A DNA stretch of 63,647 nt, the filler included, from Collodictyon triciliatum (lineage: Eukaryota), in assembly GCA_043381765.1 (NCBI GenBank). It is 17 parts of 17 records of this genome, joined end to end, with 100 filler letters (N's around TTAATTAATTAA, not from the genome) between each part and the next. Parts side by side here need not be neighbours in the genome. Positions count along the whole stretch, not along the records: positions 26,621 to 30,315 come from JBHJMP010006982.1; positions 30,416 to 34,110 come from JBHJMP010006983.1; positions 34,211 to 37,907 come from JBHJMP010006984.1; positions 38,008 to 41,700 come from JBHJMP010006985.1; positions 41,801 to 45,492 come from JBHJMP010006986.1; 12 more parts are not named here. The stretch is one strand, 5' to 3'. The translations under genes and the position numbers were made by a program. Position 1 is the stretch's first letter. The number at the start of each line of letters is the position of its first letter. Of this stretch, positions 29,801-42,077 are shown in pieces. Below the pieces are notes generated by a model that searched no databases, had not been told where the DNA came from, and worked only from the letters and a program-made list of their open reading frames with translations.

Positions 29801-30207
29801 CGATAGATTTGGAAGTTTCCTATCCATGACGAACAGAACCATCGCCATAAGCAACCTCCCCAACAACAACGCTCCTCCCTCTGTGATGGTCTTCATCCTT
29901 TCAAACAACACCTGGCAACTGCAGACAAATATACAGAAGCCTAGTGAGATCTCTTTTGGCTCAAGTATCCAGCTTTATGAAAACCGGCTTTTTATTTCAT
30001 CTCCAGAGAGTAGCTTGCTGGCAATAAACTCTGGTGTCATTTTTGTCCTCAAGAAAAATGAAGCTGGTATCTTCGTGGACGACTACGTACTCGCTCCAAC
30101 AAATCCAGTACCCAACGAGCGCTTTGGGTTTGATATGGATGTGTTTGGTGGGATGATTGCGGTTGGGACGAATACTTGCAAATCAAACTCAAACTGTTCT
30201 CTTCGAG
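26861..30207 (+). CDS. Secreted or surface FG-GAP repeat protein with two beta-propeller regions and a K/R-S/T stalk; exons 26861-28121 and 28231-30207, 3' partial
   Basis: Signal peptide; FGSAISIS, VFGAP, FGWSVAM, ISGSP, FGMSVAA..VGAPG and FGFDMD repeats; the intron joins in phase to a long low-complexity exon. Confidence 0.85.
28395..29190 (+). repeat. Coding tandem repeat: SR dipeptides, then 102-bp (34 aa) units KSRSKSKSRSKTRTKTPAKTRSPAKTKSPTKTKT
   Basis: Unit recurs at 28701, 28803, 28905 and 29007. Confidence 0.9.
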
Positions 30208-30548
30208 GTATATATCTCTTCTTTTCTTTTCTTTTCTTTTCTTTTCTTTTCTTTTCTTTTCTTTTCTTTTCTTTTCTTTTCTTTTCTTTTCTTTTCTTTT
30301 CTTTTCTTTTCTTTTNNNNNNNNNNNNNNNNNNNNNNNNNNNNNNNNNNNNNNNNNNNNTTAATTAATTAANNNNNNNNNNNNNNNNNNNNNNNNNNNNN
30401 NNNNNNNNNNNNNNNATCTCGTTTGTTTTGTTTTGTTTTGTTTTGTTTTGTTTTGTTTTGTTTTGTTTTGTTTTGTTTTGTTTTGTTTTGTTTTGTTTTG
30501 TTTTGTTTTGTTTTGTTTTTAGCTTAGTTTTTTTATTCATTAGATATG

Positions 30549-30571
30549 TTTTCCTTTTATTCGATTCAAAA
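30549..30571 (-). mobile_element. Ultra-short LINE 3'-end insertion with 17-bp TSD
   Basis: Reverse complement of TTTGAATCGAATAAAAGGAAAA between TTTTATTCATTAGATAT (30531-30547) and TTTTATTCATTATATAT (30572-30588). Confidence 0.8.
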
Positions 30572-30624
30572 TTTTATTCATTATATATAATCTGAAAGAT
30601 GTATCTATTAAGTTGCATATTTAA

Positions 30625-33506
30625 CCTTGTGGAGATATACTGTCCCAAGGATCAGCCGGGAATTCCAGAGGATTATGAAGTATCGAATAAATCGTTTTTG
30701 AATCGCTTTCCTCTTGAAATGGATGGCAACCAGATAATCTATGTGCGAAAAACATAGAAAAAGAGTAGAAATAGAATAAACCGTCTCTTCACAGCGAAGG
30801 TTGGTATCTTGATTTATTTTTTCTTTTCTTTTTTCTTTTATAATATTTTTCGAAGAATGTGGGAAATGTATGTGTAAAACGTACAAGACATATAGAATAA
30901 TTCCAATCGACCATTCATCAACTTTTGGTGTGTATCCGCCTTTTTCTTGAGTTGACGTGATGATTTCTGGAGCTGGTAAATCCATATTAGTAGAATTTCA
31001 TTTTGCAATCAATTCAGAACTACTATATTTTAAATCAATACATAAATTATTCATAGACTGTTTCCTCGAATAAAGGAAAAAAATTCATAGACTGTTTCCA
31101 TCTTACACCAAGCTCTTGAAACTAACCTGTGTATAAAATGGAACCGCAACGTGTGTACATTCGGCGCTGATCCACAAGTAATCTGGACAGTCCGAAATCT
31201 CCAACTTTAATGTTTGCATCATTATGTTTATCCACTAAAAGAATGTTTTCTGGCTGTCATTAGATTAGTCAATTGAATAAATAATGCTATACAATACAAT
31301 ACAATACAATACAATACAATACAATACAATACAATACAATACAATACAATACAATACAATACAATACAATACAATACAATACAATACAATACAATACAAT
31401 ACACAGATAGATAAATGTGTTAAAATATAAATCGGTGATAATTTATTGCTCTTATCATGATGCCTAACCTTTAAATCTCTGTGTACGATATTTCTTTGGT
31501 GAAGATAGCTAACTGCGGTCAGTATTTGCCTGACGCATTCTCGGGCGTTTGATTGAGAATAAAACTGCCTCTCCATAATTCTGTCGAAGATATCCCCACC
31601 TGGGACACTATCCATAAAGTAAAATCGAATTTGTGACCATGTATATAAACGTCGACTAAATTCCTTATTGAGATTAGAGATAGAAAGAACGGCAATATAA
31701 TATAATGACCATGTAGCAAAATGAGCCGATGATGTACGTACTATTCCATAACAATCCAGTATGAGTCTGTCAGACAATAAATTCCTTTCAACTCTACAAT
31801 ATTGGGATGTCTCAGAGAACGAAGTATACCCACCTTTCAAGTATTTACTGTTTCTAAGTACCAGATAAATATTACAGGTTCGACATTTTCTTATACTTGC
31901 CTCAGATAATCCAAAAAAAATGTACAAAAATGGATACACATTCGAATGAAAGACAAGTATCTTGTATGAAAGGAATATGTGACTTTTTAAATTAAATTTA
32001 CTTCTCCAATGAGCTGGTTTTTTATTTTTGTAAGTCCGTCCGCTGATATTCTGGAATTAAGAGCAATTTTCTTGCCTGCATAAACCTGGTTTGTCTTTTT
32101 ATCAAAGACCTTACATACAACTCCGTAGCCTCCACTAATATGCATCATTCGAATTTATAAACTTTACATCATCTTAAACAATTTGGGTCACAACTGAAAT
32201 ATATCATACGATCCTATTTTGCCAACATCCCCACCATGCTGCACAAAATTGAAAGGAAGAATAAAAGAAAAATCATACGATCCTATTTCGTCGCCAACAA
32301 AGTAGTCCATTTCGATCGGTGTTTCCTGTAGAATATATGTATGTTAAAATTTATATACATTCACAACGACCATTTCTTTTGTTTAAATCCATTCATAACG
32401 AATAGAAAATAAGTCTATTCTTAAAAGAAATACTTTTGTCAGAGTTTCTGTCTTGTTTTCCTTGATTTCTTCGAATAAGTAGGCAAAGAAATCTAGGAAT
32501 TCATATAATTAATGCACTTTTTCTAATTACCATCGATGACTTACACTCAAATAACCTTCGGTCATTAAAACTAATTTAGGGATTTTGAACCAATATAATA
32601 AAAACTTACTTTCTGTGTATGTATCTGACAATTCAGTTAAATCACTCATCAGCAAGGTTATCAAGTCACCATCAATAAGGTTTTTTGAATTGTGTTTTCC
32701 AATTAAAACTCCGTTCAAATAAGTCCCATTTCTAACAATTTACAGAGCAACATCTTTAATGGCATAATTCATTTGTCATGATATGTATATCCCTTGCATA
32801 TTCTCTCCGACTTTGTCATGAAAATTGTAAGACGGTCGTGATACTTACGAACTTTGGTCCAGGATTGTCACATTAGTTCCTCGCCTTATTATTGAGAAGT
32901 GGTTTTTACTATATTGGGGAACATCTGGAAGTTTAATTATGTTGCTGCTATCCCTCCCGAAACTGTATTCCTGATGTATAAGAATTGGGTAGCTACGATT
33001 TAGAATTATTTCTTTCCGTAATCTTCTTTAACACAATCTGCAGTCATAAATGGGGTTAAGTAAATAAATAAATAAAGAAATAAATAAATAAGTAAATATA
33101 TAAAAATAAAAAAGCCCTACTATTCTGGACTTAGGGGGGACAGGGGTTAAAAACGAGATGAAAACACCCAATGCCATAATAATAAATAAATAAAAACATG
33201 ACGGAAAATAACACACTGTAAAAAAATGATAAATATCATTATATTTTGAAGGCAGCATAACGTCCACAAGAATAAGAGCGAGGAGTTAAGGCGGCGTTGT
33301 ATGATGACTGTTCATAGTAATCTACCCAAAAAAGTAAAAAACCGAACTACTTTGGTTCTTATATCCGTTTTTCTGAGAACTTGTTAACTCACATCGGCAA
33401 TCAAGTGCAAGTTCAAACGCTTCGGATTCTTCGACACCAAAAACCCCCAGGCGGCTGTGTCTCGATGGCTTTGTGCCCGTCGGAAAGTCGGCCTGCTGGA
33501 TGACAT
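30625..33506 (-). CDS. FHA-domain CAMK-group Ser/Thr kinase (Chk2/Rad53-like architecture); multi-exon, 3' partial
   Basis: AWGFLVS; FHA motifs YSFGR, SKNHFSI, DQSS-NGTYLNG; kinase motifs EIGSGGYGVV, YAGK, HRDLKPEN, DFG, CGSILY-APE and DEWSIGIILY. Confidence 0.88.
31066..31082 (+). mobile_element. 17-bp LINE 3'-end insertion with perfect 17-bp TSD, intronic
   Basis: ATTCATAGACTGTTTCC [TCGAATAAAGGAAAAAA] ATTCATAGACTGTTTCC. Confidence 0.88.
32220..32271 (+). mobile_element. 52-bp retroposed insertion of a second family, with perfect 17-bp TSD
   Basis: ATCATACGATCCTATTT at 32203-32219 and 32272-32288 flanks a segment ending in AATAAAAGAAAA. Confidence 0.7.
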
Positions 33507-35031
33507 GGTTCCAGTATCTAAAAAGGCCAAGACTGATAAAATCGCAAACGAGGGCAGCAAGTAACAACAACAAATACAGTGATTAATGAGGAAAAAGAAT
33601 AAAAGAAAAAGTCAAGGTTGATGAGCAAAAGCCTGTTGTCCTAGTCAAGACTTTGGTGGTGTGATCGATTTCTTGGCTTCGTGATGTGTGGTTCTGCCAC
33701 CTTCGCGCTATCTTTGATTTATATGTGGAATATAAATATGATTGTATAAAATTCAACTTATAGATGCCCTAATAGCGCTATGTAGTGTACTATAATCACC
33801 TATAATATAATTTGGCCACTTTACTGTTTCGTTCAAACCCCTGGAAAAATCTTGCGGAAGTTTTTTCGCATTAGCAGAAAATATGGTTTGCTCCTGTTCC
33901 CTTTGTAACGGAAACGTGGTTTCGGCCAGGTGTTCGGCAGTTTCAAGAAAGTCGAACAAAAGGGAAAACCAACTAGAGAGATCGGGAAATACCAAACACT
34001 GCGCACGCTTTGGTCTCTGCCCTTCGTTTCTTAAGCAAAGTGTCGAACAAGAAACAAAAAACAAAAAACAAAAAACAAAAAAACAAAAAAACAAAAAAAC
34101 AAAAAACAAANNNNNNNNNNNNNNNNNNNNNNNNNNNNNNNNNNNNNNNNNNNNTTAATTAATTAANNNNNNNNNNNNNNNNNNNNNNNNNNNNNNNNNN
34201 NNNNNNNNNNTTTTTTTTTTTTTTTTTTTTGTTGTTTTTTTGTTTTTGCAGTTTTTTTGTTTTTGCAGTTTTTTTGTTTTTGCAGTTTTTTTGTTTTTGC
34301 AGTTTTTCTGCAAGTATCGATAGGAAATATTATAAAAAATGCCTTCAACAGCCTCTCCATCAAAAAAGAAAAGGAGCTTAGGCTGAAGATAGTAGCTAAG
34401 AGACCTAGATGCGACTCAATCTTCCCGTCTCGTGTATTTTCTCAAACAATTTTATCGGACTGCTCATACTTAGGGTGTCCGTGGGAGAGAAACAAACCAC
34501 GCATATGCCGCCACTGAGTAATGAAATTAATTGGCATCGCCCGTGTGAATAATTACAATACGCACCCAGTGCTTCGGCTAGGTTAAGAATAAGCTTCTTA
34601 AAATCTAACATTTGCGCGCAATTGATTATGAATTGACTTTTCATGTGATACCCATACGTGTGCTCTGTCCTATTCATATTTTCTGATTCAGTATCTCCCC
34701 TGTTTCTGTGCGTTTTATACAAAGAGAAGGAATGCATCACCCACCGACCTAAAAAGGAAATAGACGGTTTCGATCGAATTTCCAAATGAATATGATTTCT
34801 TTGCATATCATAATTTCCTAACTTGATGACACACAACCGCGTGCGATATTTACTGAGCGGCACAAGGTTGAACCCATTATTTTACAGATTTCTCGGCCAA
34901 AGGCACAATCAATTGTTTTTTTTTAAAAAAAAAAATTCTCCTGATTACACACGTTTTTTTTATCTTGGACAGCATCAAGCCCACCCCCACAACTTAACAG
35001 AGGGAATCGCGTAGGGTTTCCAAGTCTCAAG

Positions 35032-36957
35032 ATGAAAGCAGATGTCTTGAGCGGAGCCGAAGCCAAACGACAACCTACCAAATGTGCCTGGGAAAACAGC
35101 GATCGCAGCCTCGAACATGGGGGCGGAGTTACCAACCCACAAGCTGTGGTGTCAGCTTCGGTCATCTGGAAGGGGAAAGAGCACCAAGAAGCCGCTTCCA
35201 GCTCTGAGAAGAAGGGCAACAAACAGCTAGAAATGAATGACAATCAAAAAAGTCAAAATGATCGATCAAAGTCTTTAGTTGCGCTTGTCCTTTCCAAAGC
35301 TACAAAACTTGTTGAGAGAAGGAAAACTATCATGTCTGTCTTGATTAGAGACGACCGGTTGTTAGAAAGCATCCGCTCTGTGTGCAAAAGCAGAGCTACG
35401 GCACCTGTCATTAGTTTGTCTTGGTTTGTTTTCAATACACTACACATTCTCTTATGCTTTGGAATATCCCTAGTTCCAAGCAAAATATACCTCTCCCTTC
35501 AGCTTTTTTATACAATATGCTTTTGTATTTATCATTCAGTTTTCATTCGTGTCGATATTGTCAAAGAATTGGCTCGGTCATTCAACTTTTGGTTTACCTT
35601 ATGGAGCACGATTTCGTATCATGTTTGCTTTGTTTTTTTATGGGGACTGAGACTGGATGTATTTGCAGCCGTGATACACTCGCTTTCGAGTATTACTTTG
35701 ATGATACTGTACGATGCCAATATTGCTAAAGGTGTAAGGCTTTCCCAGATTTCTTATTTCTTGGGTAGTGTATCTTATTTGCCAATTATCTCAATTATGG
35801 TCTTAGAGCTTACAGACTTTCGTTACCGTAATGTTTATGCAAAATCAATAGACGTGGAGGTATTGGATATTAGAATTCAAGCCATCGATAACATTTCAAC
35901 CGTGATTATATACTTACTACGCATAAGCTATACTCATTTATTTCTGAAAACTCCAAACGCCGTTGCCTTTTTATCTGAGTACTACACCTTTGATAACTAT
36001 GTAAGCACCCCAATAAATTACAGCAGCTCTTTGGAAGATAGAAATGCAGCGCCAAGTTCTCATTCTCAAGCAGATGGTGCAAATCAATTTAGTGAAATAA
36101 TTAATGAAGATAACAGCCTCATTTCTTCTCATCTGAATACTTCACCCATAATTAACCCGGTATCTCCAGTCATGGATTCTCCTGATGCAACAAAAAGAAA
36201 TATTGTACATTGTGAGAGATATCTTGAGATAGGCATCCACGTATCTAAAATTTTACATTACGATACACACCAGACTATCTTTCACAAGCTGATTATTCCT
36301 TACTTTCCCAGGGTGGCAAAACTGATGAAGTCAAAGTACTATAACATTGTAGGCACTGCTATATGTTCTTGCACCATTTACATATCTATTCCTTCAGCTC
36401 TTGGCATTGATTTACCTGGTGCATTTGATTACACTATGCTGCTATTGTCCTATCTATCTATTTTTATCATGGCAGTCCAGATTATTTCGGCCTCTAACTT
36501 TATCATGCTCAAGTACATGCTACATTCGTTTGACTTTTGGTTTGTAATGTATTTGATATTCAAAATTTTTCTGTCCTCTGGGATATTGTGTGGGTGGGAT
36601 GAACGCGTTGTATTTTGGACTATGTATATATTCGCTATTTACTGGTGCATCATGATTGAATCATTTACGTTAAGATCAAGAAATGCATCGTATTTGTCAA
36701 TGTTTGGGTTCGTATGGTGTTTGCTAATGGTTACCCTATGCAAACTAAACATAGGAAATACATTCAATCATGACAAATACATAGAATGGAACGGAACTCA
36801 TATATTCTCACCCAAAATTGTTTTATCCTCTTCGACCTTTTCAGTTGCAATTTTTACCGCCCGGTTTTTCTACAGCCACTTAAAAAACAGGAATCGGCTA
36901 CTCTTCATTACTGAAAACCAGCAAGTATTACCTCTTCGACGCCATCTTATTTCTTGA
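35032..36957 (+). CDS. Uncharacterised multi-pass membrane protein with an internal two-fold duplication; single exon
   Basis: 641 aa ORF with two hydrophobic blocks, each containing K.L..SF[ND]FWF, separated by a Ser-rich loop. Confidence 0.8.
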   Translation: MKADVLSGAEAKRQPTKCAWENSDRSLEHGGGVTNPQAVVSASVIWKGKEHQEAASSSEKKGNKQLEMNDNQKSQNDRSKSLVALVLSKATKLVERRKTIMSVLIRDDRLLESIRSVCKSRATAPVISLSWFVFNTLHILLCFGISLVPSKIYLSLQLFYTICFCIYHSVFIRVDIVKELARSFNFWFTLWSTISYHVCFVFLWGLRLDVFAAVIHSLSSITLMILYDANIAKGVRLSQISYFLGSVSYLPIISIMVLELTDFRYRNVYAKSIDVEVLDIRIQAIDNISTVIIYLLRISYTHLFLKTPNAVAFLSEYYTFDNYVSTPINYSSSLEDRNAAPSSHSQADGANQFSEIINEDNSLISSHLNTSPIINPVSPVMDSPDATKRNIVHCERYLEIGIHVSKILHYDTHQTIFHKLIIPYFPRVAKLMKSKYYNIVGTAICSCTIYISIPSALGIDLPGAFDYTMLLLSYLSIFIMAVQIISASNFIMLKYMLHSFDFWFVMYLIFKIFLSSGILCGWDERVVFWTMYIFAIYWCIMIESFTLRSRNASYLSMFGFVWCLLMVTLCKLNIGNTFNHDKYIEWNGTHIFSPKIVLSSSTFSVAIFTARFFYSHLKNRNRLLFITENQQVLPLRRHLIS

Positions 36958-38007
36958 TGGCCATCTTATTTACATTCTTTCTTTTGTTCTCCGTGAACTT
37001 AATATATTGGCCATGAATATATTCATAATCCTGCATTTTGAATTTAATAAAAGAAAAAAACAATCAAAATCTTGCGCTGCGTAAATCAATGCATACACTT
37101 TGAATATATTTAGAGCGCGATTTTGTCTCTGAATGTAAATCGATTGGTACATTTTTTTTTGTTTTTATTTTTTCTTTCTTCACTTCAAAAAAAATGTGAT
37201 GAATTGTTTAACAAATTTTTCACACGACCATCAAACTTGTCATCATATTACCTCTTGTTCGGCGCATTGAGCACAGCGACCCAACACACCTCGACGGAAT
37301 TATCCTTCCCTGCGAGATTTCTGTGTTGAATTCGTCAAGATTGCTGGATGATGGTGTTTCCACCCTTCATCCCAATCGCACCAAATCTGGACCGCATCCC
37401 TACGAACACAATCCTACGGAAGCCGCCTACAATTGCCACATTTGGAAATGGAGAAAGCACAAGCAGCCTGGCGTTTTTTTTTGCGTTCTGAAACGCGTTT
37501 TCTAGGGAACAATGCGCGTGTGTGGTTGGGGTATAAATGTAAACATACCTATTTTGAGTGTCTGGAGGGACTGTTGACTGGCGAGCATCTACAGTGGCCG
37601 GGCGACGATTCGTGTCATCTGTCACGGCATGCAGAACAGAACGGCACAGACAAAGCGAGGCGAGGAAAAAGCGAGAGGCGGTCGATCGGCTTGGAAGTGA
37701 GAAAGGGAGAAAGGGAGAAAGAGAGTGGAAAAAAGAAGAGAGTGGAAGATTAATGCCGTTTCGTAGTCGCTGCAGAATCATGTTGACTCGCGCTTCGGTT
37801 TCTTGCTGATTTCTCTTCTCTTCTCTTCTCTTCTCTTCTCTTCTCTTCTCTTCTCTTCTCTTCTCTTCTCTTCTCTTCTCTTCTCTTCTCTTCTCTTCTC
37901 TTCTCTTNNNNNNNNNNNNNNNNNNNNNNNNNNNNNNNNNNNNNNNNNNNNTTAATTAATTAANNNNNNNNNNNNNNNNNNNNNNNNNNNNNNNNNNNNN
38001 NNNNNNN

Positions 38008-38464
38008 ATACCAAATGACCCACGACTCTAGAATACTCTGGACAGTCACAAGGGGACATATGCTGTGGTTCTTATGGAGTGTGCGTGCATTCTCTCGCTC
38101 CAATGATTCACCCGAACGAGAAATCAGTGTATCCAAGCTTGAGAGCCTTGTGCAGTACAGCTTCCTGAACAGCCTGCTGAAACACGCTGGCATTCTTCGC
38201 TACTCTGACCGCAAGCGAAGAGAGATGTGGGAATGTGTCGTGCGATATCTCCCACAGCATATCCAACCTCTGCTACCCACGCAGCCAATCAACCAGTTGG
38301 GCCGCTCACCTGACCAGCTCGCTATCACTGATTTCTTTCCAGTGCTACCCTCTCCACGGTAGTGTTTTCCCCTACTCGTGTTTGCTCTCTCCCATGCGCT
38401 CCCATCCCGCCCCTTTGTATGGCATAACCTCGCTACACTTTGAATCGAATAAAGGAAAAAAAAA
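38008..38464 (+). mobile_element. 3' end of an L1/Tx1-like LINE (ORF2 C-terminus to stop at 38362, 3' UTR, AATAAA and A-tail); 5' part runs off the contig
   Basis: HMLWFLWSVRAFSR resembles the W.IW..RN motif ending L1-clade ORF2; second copy at 18206-18478; ends in TTTGAATCGAATAAAGGAAAAAAAAA. Confidence 0.8.
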
Positions 38465-40837
38465 GAATAGCTAGAAACTCTATCATGGGGAAATATAAAT
38501 GTAAAAATGTCATCATATGGAATGAAGGCACTTTGACAAAAAAGCGATTGAGTATTTGGAGAAGCATTAAAAAAATAGAAGGAAAACACCAAATATACGA
38601 ATGAGTGGAATTACGTTCTCCTTCGCCAGAGATTTCAGACAAACTCTAACAGTGGCACCTAGAAGCACAAAGGAAGAACAATCGTATGCTCTGAAAATTC
38701 CGCTTTTCGGTATCCTTTTGAAATACTTATAATAAAATTAAATATGAGGGCATGACATCGATAATTTCAGACCGTCAATTATTTACTGAAAAATTATTAC
38801 AAATCGGCGAAGGAAAAGATGCCTCTCATCAAGGACATAAATCGGCACCAACTAGCCAGCGGTGTCGCGGTAAGTAACTTGAATGAGTTAAAAAAGTATT
38901 TCAAATGCAAACATATCTTATCTGAGCATTATTCATTCCGACTTTTCCTTATTTTTTAAATCACATAAAACAAATCCTCTACAAGTGAATAGGATGTCAA
39001 AGCGCCATTCATCATTTTGCACAAGGTTAATGGTGTGGTTTTAAATGTAAGTAACGAGTGAGAATGGTAAAGTTGTAAAGACGCGAGCCAGTATTATTGA
39101 AGAAAGTGCTTTATTCACTTTCTTGTGAGTTCTCCGAATAAAAACGAGTAATATGTTTTCAAGGATTCTTCATCGAATTACATTGATTCTGAACGTGTGT
39201 TGAAGAAGGAATACTTACATACTTAATTATGAGCAATAATTCCTAGTATCTTAAATATCAATTATTATTCTATTTATGATGCCGCTTTTGAATAATATAT
39301 GATTTATTTGATTTATTGCATATATGTTAACAGTTATTCTGTTTATCAGGCAGAGTCAGAAGAGCCGGAGTTAAAATGCTAGTATTTTTTATTTTTAGTT
39401 TACCAATCACGATACTTTTAGCTTAATATATCATCCATTCTTAATAAACATTTGGAACCTAACACTACATTCATTTATATATATGTGATGCCGGTTTGGG
39501 GTCATTATGTCGCTTTTCTTATTCTTATAGGTGTATCCAAATAGTTTCAGACATATTGGTCGAAAATTGAAGGATGTAGTGCATAAGTGAGAGATGCCAT
39601 ACACTATTATTTGGAATTGCCCAAACAAACATAAAATAGTGTCTAAAATGTTTCTCACCTTCGTATTCTTCTATCGACCAAAACCAAAAAAAACCAAAAA
39701 AACCAAAAAAACCAAAAACCCACGCACGAAAATTTTAACCCATATTTGTGTACAAAAGAAATATTGGTGTCATATTTGCTGGTCTTTTTTTTTTTTGACT
39801 CGTGTGGTCCACTTTCTGCATGATACCCCTTGCATATACGAACAATCACCTGTTCCTAATTGAGTTTATTTGCTCTGTGGAGCCGTTCTTGCGCGAGTAA
39901 ATTCAAAACAGTCTAGATTCCGCATTGCTCCTAGTTTGACGTAGTTATTTCGTATATCATCACCGGCTAAACTATATCACTTATGGTTGTTTTGTACTCT
40001 CTAACCGAATATATATTGGTAGCCGCCTGATATCACCATTTTCTTTCTCTTTTTCTACAGTGGAGCTTTTGGTTGTCTGATACTGTCCTATCAAATCAGT
40101 TGCTTTGGGCCTAGTGAATCCAAATTGCTCAACTCGTCTCATAGTCTAGTTGCTGAGCCGGTGCCAGTTTCATATTTATAATATTGCTCTTAACATTCTC
40201 TTTATAACTTTCTTTCTGTATTAATTTCTTTTACTAGAGATAAAGAAAGAAGATAATAATCGATTGATGAAAAGGTAATGGGTGTCAATATTCAATAAAT
40301 AAAATTTGGTCCGTAAAATTGCAGAAGAGACCAGAGCAGACAAAGCTAATTCAAGGATTGCGTGCACCTTTATGCCGCTTTGAAAGGTGTTCCATAAATC
40401 ATATGAATACACGGGCAATGAACGAAAACAACCCCATGAAACATAGATGAAAGTACGAGTCAGGTATATTGACACTTTCATCGGACAATTTACCAAATTA
40501 CAGGATATCAGGTTATTTTATTTTGAGCATGTGATTGTACTTCAGTCTCCCTTGACACATAACCCTAACGTACCTATTGAAAAAAAGAGAGACAAAAAAA
40601 AAAGGAGAAAAAAAGAAAGGCAAGCACGGAAGTACATTCCCCGTTAACTGGCAACTGCTGTAGCATTCCTGGCATGAACTTTGATTGTCTCGATTATCAC
40701 ATAGGCACTTGCGCACATTTAACACATAATAATCTTAGATATAGAAGCTGCATATCCTTGTGGTTCTGTGTCTGAAGTTTTGTATTTACACTAGAAATAT
40801 TAATATCAAGGTGTTAGTCTCCACTGGATTCAAGGGG

Positions 40838-41690
40838 TCATTTTGGAAAACCATCACTGTTGAATGACTCGCACCACCCTTTGATTGGAATACAGTTTGC
40901 GAATCGGCACCAGTCACACAATGGTTTTTTACTGGTATATACCCACACAAAGGAGGCTGTCAATAGCGCCAGATATAATATGATACCAGCCAGTCGAGCC
41001 AATTTGCGGATGAATAAGCAATTTCTAGGGATGTCCAAAACAACAAAGAGGGAAATGAAGAAGCCTCCTGCAAAACCGCCGATGTGTGAAAAGTTGTCTA
41101 TCTATCAAAAAAAAAATCGGAAGATTATCTTTTCGCATATATAATGTTAACGGATATACATAGAAAAAAAGCACTGGTGGAAAAATATTTCAATTTATAA
41201 ATGATATGTTTTTAAAACATTAACGCATAGTACCAAAGGAAGAAGCCCGGCAGCAAACGAAAATCCTACACAAATCGTATAAATAACGATAGTTCTGGTC
41301 GGTTGGACAATAATCTCCCAGTTCTTTATCAAATCAACCGGTATGAGAGCCAAAGTTGCAAACATAGCACCGCTGGAGCCATAGCTAACCTCCAAGGGCT
41401 GAAAAAGTGCTAAGTAAAGTGCATATTTGTTAAAGCTCTGGCTCAAATGCAGACATAGTTTCATTAGCACGGTAGCGTGTTTTCTATTTCTCGTTGATGA
41501 GGAACAAATATATATATATATATCATAGATGCGAACATTATTTCGGATCCCCTCAAATGTTCAAATATATTACCAGAAAAAAGTGTTCCCATTATCCCGC
41601 CTCCTATGTAGACAACTCCCACTGGGAAAGTTCCGTACTTTCTCTCGATGTGTTGGCAAACGCACCAATGCCCAAATAGTATACATAACA
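40838..41690 (-). CDS. Rhomboid intramembrane serine protease; multi-exon, 5' partial
   Basis: IERKYG..VYIGGGIMG, SYGSSGAMF (catalytic Ser), GLLPLIDNFSHIGGF (catalytic His) and a C-terminal CDWC..CIP..WC motif. Confidence 0.88.
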
Positions 41691-41965
41691 TATGAAAGAT
41701 NNNNNNNNNNNNNNNNNNNNNNNNNNNNNNNNNNNNNNNNNNNNTTAATTAATTAANNNNNNNNNNNNNNNNNNNNNNNNNNNNNNNNNNNNNNNNNNNN
41801 AAAAAGAGAGAGAAAAAAAGAGAGAGAAAAAAAAAGAGAGAAAAAAAAAGAGAGAAAAAAAAAGAGAGAAAAAAAAAGAGAGAAAAAAAAAGAGAGAAAA
41901 AAAAAGAGAGAAAAAAAAGAGAGAAAAAAAAAGAGAGAAAAAAAAAGAGAGAAAAAAAAAGAGAG

Positions 41966-42040
<75 letters not shown>

Positions 42041-42077
42041 AGAAAATAAAAAAGAGAGAAAAAAAAAAGGAGAAAAC

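Noticed and set aside
36941-36971. 12-bp direct repeat GCCATCTTATTT around the stop codon of the membrane protein gene
   Set aside because: The 7-bp spacer has no LINE tail; most likely a simple local duplication.
38500-40800. AT-rich stretch with short ORFs, also 48300-48760 and 19140-19940
   Set aside because: No recognisable protein motifs, RNA genes or repeats by eye; left uncalled.
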